From: Candidatus Latescibacterota bacterium
GTDB lineage: Bacteria > Latescibacterota > UBA2968
Direction: 5' to 3'
NCBI GenBank assembly: GCA_965198115.1
Contig: OZ240241.1
Coordinates: forward strand, 256,001-320,000
DNA: 64,000 bases
Made by a program: the position numbers and the translations under genes. The first letter of the stretch is position 1. The number at the start of each line of letters is the position of its first letter. Shown here piece by piece: positions 9,884 to 18,786 of the stretch. The notes beneath the pieces were generated by a model, which made no database searches, was not told the DNA's origin, and was given only the letters and a program-made list of their open reading frames with translations.

Positions 9884-11441
9884 TCACTCGGGCCAGTCGT
9901 CGAAGTCGTCCGACGGTCGATCGCTGACGATGTTTGGATACTCGAGATGCATATCTGCGTCGATGAGTCGGCCGTCACCCAGCAGGATCTGGTTCGATGT
10001 TTTGGGTGACACGCGAGCAGGAAAGGACTCTGCGAATATCCGTCTCTGGTCCTTCAGGCTTTCGAGCACCCGGTCGTAATCAAAACCCTCACACAGCGAT
10101 GATCGAAGACGTTCGACTTCCGGCGGAACCGGCGATGCGCCTTCCTTCAGAAGGTTGATCTGTTCGTCCGGATCGTACTGCAGGTCGAAGGCGAGATCTT
10201 CACAGTTCCTGAACGTCACGACCTTGTAGCGCTCCGATCGAATGGCGCGATACTCGGTTCCCGGTCCTGCGAATCCCGCGAGGTTCTCTGTGACAGCGCC
10301 GTCACGTCCTTCGAGCTCCGCGGAATGGCCGCCCGTCGCGACAGACGACAGGTCGATGCCCTTCAGGCCGTCCGGTGGTGCGACTCCGGCGAAGCCGCAG
10401 AACGTCGGGAACAGATCCCCCAGGCTGACGGGCGTCGTGATTTCCGATGACGTCAGCGCGCCTCTCCTGTGATCGGGTGTCGACACGATGAGCGGGACCC
10501 GAATCGACGCCTCGTGCCACGTCCGCTTGAACCAGAGACCGTGTTCGCCAGCGAGCTCTCCGTGGTCGGACGTGTAGACGACGATCGTGTTGTCGAGGAA
10601 TCCGTCGCGATCCAGAATGGTCAGGAAGTCGCCAAGCGTTTCGTCGAATTGATCGACGCACGCGAAATAGGCGGCGCGTGCCTTGAGGGTCTGCTCCTCC
10701 GTCACGTTTTCAAGGAAGATTCCCTGTGACTCGCCGGAATCCGACCGGAGCGCTCCGAGCGTGAGCGGATGATCGACTGTATCGCCGGTTCGACCGATGC
10801 GGGGCGGTGTGACACGATCCAGGTAATAGCGATCGAAGAAACGGCGCGCAGCGTTCATGGGGAAGTGAGGGTGAGCGAACGAGGTCATGAGAAGCCAGGG
10901 CTGATCTGGAGTCCGGTGTCTGTGCTCGCGCAACCACGCCGTGGCCTCACGGATCACGATCTGCTCCTGCATCAGAGATTCCGGGATGTTGCTGACGCCG
11001 GGATCCCTCAGAACGGACGGCATGAAGATGTGATCCTTCGGACCGGGAAGGTGAAGCGGGTCTTTCTGATGCGCGGGCGACGGAGCCGTGAAGTCGCCGT
11101 AGGGCCGATGCTGGAAGCCGGCCATCTGTCGCGATCCGATCAGGTGCATCTTTCCGACGGTGGCGGTCGCGTAGTCGTGATCGCCGAGATGAGACGCGAT
11201 GGTCGGAACGTCGGGAGCGAGGACGGCACACTCGGGAGGATGGACGCCCGGAGAGTATGGCGACACGGCTGGGGACGCAGAGCGGATACTGACAGTAGGC
11301 CGTCTCGAAATGGACGCCTCGCTCGATCAGGCCATCGAGCGTTGGCGTCCGACACGGCTCACCGCCACGCTTTTCGGAACGTGCGGTGAGGAATCGGTAG
11401 CTGTGTTCGTCGCTGAGGAGGAATAGGATGTTGGGTTTCAT
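9884..11441 (-). pseudogene. Sulfatase (choline-sulfatase-like), frameshifted near 11230-11245
   Basis: N-part MKPNILFLLSDEH..CQYPLCVPSR (CxPxR) lies in one frame; GKMH, HPHFP, YTSDHGE, RVPLI lie in another. Confidence 0.85.
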
Positions 11442-11444
11442 GAT

Positions 11445-11764
11445 GACTGGCTGAGGCACACCCGTTGCCGAGTGGCGATTTTCTTTGTGTGGGTATAGTG
11501 TGCCCGTTTCGAGCAGTTCGAGCGTTTCGGGTGCCAGCCGCTCTTTGACCGTCTCCAGAATGGGGCCGGCCTGGCGGTGGTGCGGCCTATAGCGCAGTGT
11601 CAGCACCCGGCGCTGCCGGTCAGCGGGTTTCCAGGGCAGGACCCCGTGGGTCACGGATTCGGGCATGATCACGACATCCCCGGCCGCGGGCGTGATATTG
11701 ACGACCCCCGGCGGTAGCTCCCCCTCGATGAGACCCTTGGAGAAAAGCCGACGCGGCCGGTCAG
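11445..11764 (-). pseudogene. 3' remnant of a PhyH paralogue of 1135-1941
   Basis: NITPAAGDVVIMPESVTHGVLPWKPADRQRRVLTLRYRPHHRQAGPI almost identical to the 1135-1941 product; 5' part missing, abuts IS256. Confidence 0.9.
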
Positions 11765-11809
11765 GGTCAAGTCCCATAGTCAGTTGAAACTCATCGGGCT
11801 CCGTGGTAT

Positions 11810-13057
11810 TCATGCTCTCTGCCGAGCATCTTGATTGTCGCCGAGATTCAGGTTGTTTTTCAGTGCTTGCCTGAGCAGCGGGAGGTGTTTGTATCCGCTC
11901 ACGCGTCGCAGGCGTGGTTCGATGTCGAGGAGTGCGGCCGCGACCCATCTGTGTCGCTGAGGAGAGTTGTTCCAGCGGTTGACCTTCCGTATCAGGTTGC
12001 CGGTCATGCTGTTGAGCGCCTCGATGCAATTGGTGGTTCGGAAGCTTCGCTTCAAGAACGGGAGCATCCCCAGCCGGTGGAGGGTCAGGGTTTCCTCCAG
12101 TCCTTCCTCGAGGCTTGCCACGGCAGACTGATTCATCAGCTTGAGTTCGGGTTTGAGTGATTCGAGTGCGGCCTTTGCCTCCTCGTAGGTGTCGCAGTCA
12201 TAGGCTTTCTGAAGTTTCCGTCGAACTCTTGGACGTTCTGCCTCCGGGAGGTAGCTGACGACGTTCTCGCGCTTGTGCCACTGACAGCGATGCACGCACA
12301 CATCCCCTTTGAGGGCTTTGGTGACGGCACTGCGGAGTCCCTTTGAGCCGTCCAGCACAACGAGAAGGCCCTGGTCGTAGCACAGGCCTCTCCGGATGAG
12401 ATCCTGGATCAGCTGACGGCAGATCCGTTCGTTCTCCGTCGCCGATTCGACGAAGCCCAGGGGGATCTTCTGGCCGTCCGTCGTGACGCCCGGAGCGATC
12501 ACGATCTCTTCGTCGGCAAAGCTCTTTCCGTCGATGAACAGGGCGACCAAGTCGTAGTCGTCGAGCGGTCGTTCCTGGAACTGCTTCAGCTTCTTTGCGG
12601 TGGCTTTGATGAACCGTCGCGAGACGGAGGATGCCGAAATTCCGAACGCTTCGGGTACCGACTCTGCACAGGCTCTGTAGTTGCGACAGGAGATTCCCTT
12701 GAGCACACGAAGCAGCAGCTTCTCATCCATCGCTCTGGGCCTCTGCATCCCCCGGTATGCGGCCAGAGAAACCTCCGTATCGGACTCGACGTCGCGCACA
12801 CGGGGAACGGCCACCGGCAGCTTCTGGTCCATCAGATACACGGACCCTTTCTGGCTTCCCCATCGACGATGCGACTGCTCTGAACCCTTACGCGCATACC
12901 GAACGCCTGCGAGCTGCTCCACCTCCTGCTGGAGCACGTCGGCAACGGCCTCCAGACCCAGCGGAATCAGCGCCCGGATCACCGATAAACGCGTCTCCAA
13001 ATCCATAACGTCTGACCCAACCTTGACTTCGCCATCCCCTGCAAATAGCTTCTCCAT
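11810..13057 (-). CDS. IS256-family transposase
   Basis: VPRVRD, ALFIDGK, VVLDGSKGL, HRCQWHK, RTTNCIEALN. Confidence 0.93.
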   Translation of the reverse strand: MEKLFAGDGEVKVGSDVMDLETRLSVIRALIPLGLEAVADVLQQEVEQLAGVRYARKGSEQSHRRWGSQKGSVYLMDQKLPVAVPRVRDVESDTEVSLAAYRGMQRPRAMDEKLLLRVLKGISCRNYRACAESVPEAFGISASSVSRRFIKATAKKLKQFQERPLDDYDLVALFIDGKSFADEEIVIAPGVTTDGQKIPLGFVESATENERICRQLIQDLIRRGLCYDQGLLVVLDGSKGLRSAVTKALKGDVCVHRCQWHKRENVVSYLPEAERPRVRRKLQKAYDCDTYEEAKAALESLKPELKLMNQSAVASLEEGLEETLTLHRLGMLPFLKRSFRTTNCIEALNSMTGNLIRKVNRWNNSPQRHRWVAAALLDIEPRLRRVSGYKHLPLLRQALKNNLNLGDNQDARQRA

Positions 13058-13137
13058 CGTGGGCTCCTTTCTTACGGGTACACGCTCTCACACGTCTACC
13101 CACAACGTAAGTTTGGAGCCCTTTAAGTTTCAACTAG

Positions 13138-14691
13138 GAGCCTGTCGGAGTACCCAGCCGGAGGAAGATTTCGTATTGTAGAAGTGCGATCAAGGTTCCG
13201 ACTCTGAATTGGAGGTTTCCGTTGAGCACTTCTACTCGGTTTCGTGTCTACAATCCGGCTCAGTTGATGTTGCTGCCTCCGGATCTCCGGAGTTGGCTTC
13301 CCAAGGGTCATCCGACCTACTTCATTCTGGATATCGTCGGACAACTTGATTTGTCCGCGATCTACGAGACCTACGATGGGTCTCAAGGTGGCCAGCCACC
13401 GTATGATCCCCGGATGATGGTGAGCCTACTGCTGTATGGTTACTGTGAAGGCATCAGGAGTTCCCGCAAGATCGAGCGTGCGACCTATGACTCGGTTGCT
13501 TTCCGTGTGCTCAGCCTGGATCAGCATCCTGATCACGACACGATATCGACCTTTCGTCAACGGCATCTGGATGCCCTCTCAGGTCTGTTCAGGCAAGTGC
13601 TGTGTCTCTGCGTGAAGGCAGGTCTGGTGAAGCTGGGACACGTGGCGTTGGATGGCACGAAAGTCAAAGCAAATGCCTCAAAACACAAAGCGATGAGCTA
13701 CGGCCGGATGAAGAAGAAAGAAGCCGAGATCGAGGCCGAAGTGCGCAGACTCTTGACCGAGGCCGAAGCCACTGACGCGGCCGAAGACGAACTCTACGGA
13801 AAGGACAACCGCGGCGACGAGTTGCCCGAGGAGTTGCAGCACCGGGAGACTCGACTCAAAGTAATCCGCGACGCAATAGCCGAGATCGAAGCCGAAGCGG
13901 AGGCTGAGTTTCCTGAGAAGCAGGCAGCGTATGAAGAGAAGGTAAAGGCCCGGGAGCGCCGCGGCGGTCGTGGACGTAAGCCCAAGCCTCCATCGAAAGA
14001 GCCCGACTGAAAGGAACAACTGAACTTCACCGATCCCGACTCACGGATCATGGTCTCAGGGGGCCAATTCCTTCAAGCCTACAACTGCCAAGCTGCTGTG
14101 GATGACAAGGCCCAGATTGTCGTTGCTGCCGACGTCACCCAAGAAGCTGATGACAAGAACCAGATGACACCTATGGTCAACCAGATCAGAGCGAATATGG
14201 GCGGCACGACACCCAAGCACCTCACTGCCGACACCGGATACTTCAACCAAAGTCAGGTCGATCAGGTTCAATCAGATGGCGTCGACCTCTATGTGGCGAC
14301 GACAAAACAGAAACATGGAACGCCCATCGCGACCTGCCCCAGGGGACGGATCCCCAAGGGCGCAACGACGAAAGACAAAATGGCGAGAAAGCTTCTCACA
14401 CAGAAAGGTCGCTGCACCTACTGGAAAAGAAAACAGATCATCGAACCCGTGTTTGGACAGATCAAATCCGTTCGGAACTTCACCCGATTCTCATTCCGCC
14501 GAATCCACAAAGTCATCAGAGAATGGAACCTGATCTGTCTCACACACAACCTTCTGAAACTCTATCGACTCTCATTGGCTACCTGATCCCGAAGAGGAAC
14601 TCGGCTCAAGGAAAAAACGAAGGTAACCGGTCGCTGACAGACTCAGCTGGACTTAATCTCAACGAGCTTCCGGGTGTAACCCGACAGGCTC
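13138..14691 (+). mobile_element. IS1182-family element
   Basis: IRs GAGCCTGTCGG / CCGACAGGCTC, flanked by duplicated CTAG (13134-13137, 14692-14695). Confidence 0.9.
13222..14586 (+). pseudogene. IS1182 transposase with in-frame TGA at 14008-14010
   Basis: GQPPYDPRMM, SSRKIE, PDHDTI, ALDGTKVKANASKH; after the stop NFTDPDSRIM, YNCQAAVD, ADTGY, RKQIIEPVFGQIK continue in the same frame. Confidence 0.9.
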
Positions 14692-14748
14692 CTAGGATAG
14701 GGACCTCACCCCGGTCAGATTTCCGTTGTCATAGTCACCTATAGCATG

Positions 14749-16122
14749 GAGCTATAATCAAAAGGTGTGGAAAAAGAGAAAGGGCGACCCTACCCTTCCC
14801 GTGAGATAGTTGATTCACACAAAACCGGGTGAGAGGCCCGGTTGGGAAGGAGGATCGCCGTGAAGGAACATACGCATAGAGCCCCATTGAAGTCCATGCC
14901 GACGTGGGAGACGGTTGACGATTGGATCCGTGAAGAGATCCAGGGCCGGTTCCAGTTCATTCTGGAGGAGGAGGCGACCGCGTTCTTGGGCCGGTCGTGG
15001 TATGAGCGCCGAGCCGAGGTCGATAGCTCCACGGGCTACAGGAACGGCTACGGCAAGCCCCGGCGTCTCTCGACGAGCTGCGGAACGATCAAGGTCCGGC
15101 GTCCCCGGGTTCGTGGTCTGGAAGAGCGGTTTGAAAGCCGCATCCTCCCCCTGTTCGCCCGGAGAACCAGGGCCATTGGAGATCTGCTTCCCGACCTTTA
15201 TCTCCACGGTCTCTCCCAGGGCGACTTCGAGTTGTCTTTGCGTGCGCTGCTCGGTGATGGCGCGCCGCTTTCGCCGACCTCGATCGCTCGTCTTCGAGGG
15301 AAGTGGGAGGTCGACTTCCAGGACTGGAAAGAAAGGCGTCTGGATAATCGCGAACTGGTCTACGCCTGGGCTGATGGCATCTACGTCAAAGCCGGGCTCG
15401 AGCGCGAGAAGGCGTGTCTGCTGGTCGTGATCGGCGCGATGAGCGACGGCAGCAAGGAGATCCTGGCGATAGAACCCGGTTATCGAGAGTCTACAGAATC
15501 CTGGCTCACGGTGCTCCGGGATCTCCGGGATCGCGGGCTCGAACATCCTGTCCTGATCGCCGCGGACGGGAATATGGGCATCTGGGCGGCCGTTGATCAG
15601 GTCTGGCCAGAGAGCCGGCAACAACGGTGCTGGAACCACAAGATCCTCAACGTGCTCGACAAGGTCGCCAAGCGTGCACAGGCTGAAGCCCGCGCACTGC
15701 TCGTCCAGATCCCCTATGCCGGCACGAAAAAGGAGGCCGAGAAGCTCCGGAAACGCTTTGCCGCACGGTATCGCTCACAGTTCCCTGCCGCCGTGGAGAC
15801 GCTCGAAAGAGACTGGGATCGGATGGTCACGTTCTACGACTTCCCGAAGGAACACTGGAAACACCTGAGAACCACGAACGTCGTCGAGAGCCCCTTTGCT
15901 TCCGTTCGGCTTCGCACAAACGCCGCCAGGCGATTCAAGAAAGTCAGGAACGCCACGACTCTCATCTGGCGTACGCTCAAGGTCGCAGAGAGCCGATTCA
16001 GGAAACTCACCGCGCCACACTTGCTACAACAAGTCTACGATCAGAAACACTCAACCGGACCGCAGGTCGAAGCCGGGAAGATGGCCGCCTGATTTCTTTT
16101 ACACACCTATTGACCTGAGCTC
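14749..16122 (+). mobile_element. IS256-family element type b, copy A (1374 bp, no target duplication)
   Basis: IRs GAGCTATAATCAAAAGGTGTG / CACACCTATTGACCTGAGCTC; near-identical to 38670-40043 and 42328-43701. Confidence 0.93.
14842..16092 (+). CDS. IS256-family transposase
   Basis: YRNGYGKPR, WADGIYVK, ADGNMG, QRCWNHK, LRTTNVVESPF; real start may be GTG 14860. Confidence 0.93.
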   Translation: MGRRIAVKEHTHRAPLKSMPTWETVDDWIREEIQGRFQFILEEEATAFLGRSWYERRAEVDSSTGYRNGYGKPRRLSTSCGTIKVRRPRVRGLEERFESRILPLFARRTRAIGDLLPDLYLHGLSQGDFELSLRALLGDGAPLSPTSIARLRGKWEVDFQDWKERRLDNRELVYAWADGIYVKAGLEREKACLLVVIGAMSDGSKEILAIEPGYRESTESWLTVLRDLRDRGLEHPVLIAADGNMGIWAAVDQVWPESRQQRCWNHKILNVLDKVAKRAQAEARALLVQIPYAGTKKEAEKLRKRFAARYRSQFPAAVETLERDWDRMVTFYDFPKEHWKHLRTTNVVESPFASVRLRTNAARRFKKVRNATTLIWRTLKVAESRFRKLTAPHLLQQVYDQKHSTGPQVEAGKMAA

Positions 16123-16165
16123 CCCGCGTCGCATAGTACGCAGCGAGTGTTCTATGATTTCTCAC
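16123..16165 (-). pseudogene. 5' stub of a gene cut by IS256 (possible class I SAM methyltransferase)
   Basis: AGGAGG then GTG-RNHRTLAAYYATR runs into the IS end; L..YYA.R resembles methyltransferase N-termini. Confidence 0.35.
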
Positions 16166-16203
16166 CCTCCTACGGATAGACGGGATCGTTGGAGAGACGT
16201 CGA

Positions 16204-16246
16204 ATACAACTGATTCTCTGTTGACTCGACTTAGAGAATGCTAGGC
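16204..16246 (-). other. Short degenerate attC-like site
   Basis: Minus strand GCCTAGC-ATTCTCT..AGAGAAT-CA-GTTGTAT, 30 bp after the aph stop. Confidence 0.4.
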
Positions 16247-16275
16247 GTAGTCCCTCCCGCCACATTGCCAACGGA

Positions 16276-17058
16276 TCAGAACATCACATCCAGAAGGAGG
16301 AAATACTCAATCTTGTCCCAATTCGGTTTCTGTTCAAGACGCTCCAGAAGCAACCTAACGTGCTGCTCTCCGAGGTCTTCTCTGACGCTCCTTATGCACA
16401 TGGCAATGTCAAACCATTTGTCTCCGACACCTCCACGTCCCCAGTCGATGATCCCAGAAATGTGCTGACCATCGACGAAGAAGTTCCCATCACTCATGTC
16501 ACCGTGTGAAAACGTGGGCTCCTGATCTGGAATATTGTCCTTTAGATACTTGACTAGTGCTGATGGCGAAGGGAAACCTGTATTTCCGGAGTAAAAGTCC
16601 TCTTCGGCGGCCACTCCACTTTCCAGGAGGTACTCCAATTCCACGAGTCTGCTTTCAGCGGAGATAGTGATCGGACATTCAGCGTGATCTATTGATTGAA
16701 TGAGCCTCAGTGCTTCCAGGTAGGTGTCTATTACTTCTGTAGGGCCAAAGTCCTTCCTCTCGTAGAGCGATACGCCATCCGCTTCCGCCGTGAGCAGATA
16801 TTCTCGATCGTCGTCAGAAGCGAAATGCACGACTGGGGGAACCGCAAGCTTACCATCAAGCCATCGTAGGACATCCTTCTCTCGTCCGACTCCATATGTA
16901 GTGTTCTCATACCGCCTCTCGCTGACCTTTAGGAACAAGACATCCTCTTGTCCCGTGAGCCGATACACTTCGCAGGGCGACATGCCATCGCCGTGCGAAG
17001 AAAACGAATAGTCGGATACGATTGTTTGGAGACTGTCAGGTAGAGAGTGGAGATCCAT
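16276..17058 (-). CDS. Aminoglycoside 3'-phosphotransferase APH(3')-like
   Basis: GMSPCEVYRL, LFLKVS, REKDVLRWL.GKL.VP, FSHGDMSDGNFFV, IIDWGRGG, WFDIA, KIEYFLLLD follow the APH(3')-III-type pattern. Confidence 0.88.
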   Translation of the reverse strand: MDLHSLPDSLQTIVSDYSFSSHGDGMSPCEVYRLTGQEDVLFLKVSERRYENTTYGVGREKDVLRWLDGKLAVPPVVHFASDDDREYLLTAEADGVSLYERKDFGPTEVIDTYLEALRLIQSIDHAECPITISAESRLVELEYLLESGVAAEEDFYSGNTGFPSPSALVKYLKDNIPDQEPTFSHGDMSDGNFFVDGQHISGIIDWGRGGVGDKWFDIAMCIRSVREDLGEQHVRLLLERLEQKPNWDKIEYFLLLDVMF

Positions 17059-17177
17059 TCGCCAGATAGTTTTCCGCCAGAGGGGTCTCGCCTAACGTTG
17101 TAACGCCCGAAGCTGGCCGTTCAGTCGGCCTGGCGGCCGGGTTGCTTCTGCAAGCCGGCTGACAGAGGCCAGTTTAT

Positions 17178-18597
17178 GGCTATATCCGGATCTCTCAACG
17201 AGATGAAGTGGGTGAAGGTGCCGTGGTTCCTGGCATGGGGGCGCGGTTAGAGTGTGCGGAACCTCTTCGGAATCTGCTCAGGGATGTTTATGTCTCCGAC
17301 GGTAAGGAAGATCATATCGTTGAATGCGTCGAGTGTGCGGAATCCGCTGGCTCGGTTCTTGACGATTTGGACGATTCGGTTGAGGCCTTCGGCGATGGCG
17401 TTGGTAAGACGCGTGTTCACGAATGCGAGGACGCCGAAGAAGTGCTGTCGCAGGGTCCTGACGAACTTTCGCAGGGGTTCAAGTCGACTTCTGAGTGCGG
17501 ACGTCGTCCAGCATTTCAGGAAGCGTTCGGCAGCCCAGGGCGCTTTGTATTCCCAGAACTGCTCGAACTCGTCCTTGAGTCTCCAGGCTCTATAGATTCG
17601 GTAGTTCGCCTTCTCCAGTGCTTTGAGTGTCCGAGTATCCCCTCTGGAGCGTGTCGCTGAGTGCCGGTAGAGGAGCCATCGGAGGCCCTTCATGGCTTTG
17701 CGCTCATCCGGGGCAGCTTCACGCCACTGGTCCTTACGGACCTCGTCAACGGCGGCATTGAGAGCCTTGACGATGTGAAAGCGATCGAGGACCAGCTTGG
17801 CATTCGGACAGTGTTCCTGGATGGCTCCGATGTAAGCTTCGCTCATGTCGCAGCAGGCCCACTCGATCTTGGATCTCCGGTAGGGACTGAGAGCCTCTGT
17901 GAAGAACCGATCGATCGTTTTACGCGCCCTGCCGCGGCCAACCCACACCACGCAGGAGCGGTCCAGATCGTAAACGAGCGTGGCGTACCTGTGACGCTTG
18001 GCGTAGGAGATCTCGTCGATCCCGATGGTTTTGAGCCCTCGGATACGATGACCTTCACGAAGCCGCGTGATGGATCGGTGAAGGAGATCCGACAGCGTCG
18101 AGGCAGAGATGCGCAGTAACTCGGACGCCGCCTTCTGCGTCATGGTCTGGCAGTAGCGCAGCATGGCATACTCGAAGCGATACGTCACCCGAGAGAACCG
18201 CTCCGCCCACGGAATCTCCTCGACCACACGACCGTGGGTAGGACACCGAATCTCCCGAGGATGGTAGAGAAGCCAGACCCTCCACCCGCACACCGGAATG
18301 TCACGCCACCGACGCGGATGGGGCATTGTGCGGACGATTTTACCTCGACGGCCGCACTCCGGACAACAACAACCATTCTTATGTGGCTTTACGGCGATGA
18401 CGAAGCAGCTTCTCCCCTCAAACCACCAGCTGACAACACGGAACCCCTTGAATCTCAGCAGTTTCGATAGTAATCTGCTCCCGGTCATAGGTCGCACCCC
18501 CTTCGCTTTGATTGTCCTACACACACAACCAAGCGTAGGGAACGATCTATGACCTTGTCATTCTATAGTTTCACCGTTGAGAGATCCGGATATAGCC
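17178..18597 (-). mobile_element. ISL3-family element, copy 1 (1420 bp)
   Basis: IRs GGCTATATCCGGATCTCTCAACG / CGTTGAGAGATCCGGATATAGCC; TSD CAGTTTAT at 17170-17177 and 18598-18605. Confidence 0.95.
17247..18524 (-). CDS. ISL3-family transposase
   Basis: CPECG zinc finger, RRWRDIP, IGIDEIS, CCDMSEAY, LDRFHIVK, TNAIAEGLN; start may be ATG 18488. Confidence 0.95.
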   Translation of the reverse strand: MCRTIKAKGVRPMTGSRLLSKLLRFKGFRVVSWWFEGRSCFVIAVKPHKNGCCCPECGRRGKIVRTMPHPRRWRDIPVCGWRVWLLYHPREIRCPTHGRVVEEIPWAERFSRVTYRFEYAMLRYCQTMTQKAASELLRISASTLSDLLHRSITRLREGHRIRGLKTIGIDEISYAKRHRYATLVYDLDRSCVVWVGRGRARKTIDRFFTEALSPYRRSKIEWACCDMSEAYIGAIQEHCPNAKLVLDRFHIVKALNAAVDEVRKDQWREAAPDERKAMKGLRWLLYRHSATRSRGDTRTLKALEKANYRIYRAWRLKDEFEQFWEYKAPWAAERFLKCWTTSALRSRLEPLRKFVRTLRQHFFGVLAFVNTRLTNAIAEGLNRIVQIVKNRASGFRTLDAFNDMIFLTVGDINIPEQIPKRFRTL

Positions 18598-18786
18598 CAG
18601 TTTATGTGGGTGGGGTTGGGTGTGATCGGGCGTGCGGTGTTATGTGAGGGCGTGGCGGCGTTTAGAATGAAGGCTTGGTACCCTATCGCCGCTTGAAGCG
18701 TGCTCACCTGGTCGTAAAGACGAGTCTATCGTGGCATTTCGCGGCGATCTCGTTAAGCGCCGGAGACAGATTAGTTGGGTGGCCAT

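Larger units (their letters stand above)
11765..14710 (-). mobile_element. IS256-family element type a (contains nested IS1182 in its terminal repeat)
   Basis: IRs GGTCAAGTCCCATAGTCAGTTGAAACT / AGTTTCAACTAG|GATAGGGACCTCACC; 8-bp direct repeat CCGGTCAG at 11757-11764 and 14711-14718. Confidence 0.88.
17090..18645 (-). other. attC-like site (128 bp once the ISL3 and one TSD copy are removed)
   Basis: Minus strand ACATAAC-5 nt-ACGCCCGA ... TCGGGCGT-6 nt-GTTAGGC, then 31 nt to the aph ATG. Confidence 0.6.

Noticed and set aside
10947-12029. 360-aa ORF as a real PhyH-sulfatase fusion protein
   Set aside because: It is a chance read-through joining the IS256 end, a frameshifted PhyH remnant and the sulfatase 5' part.
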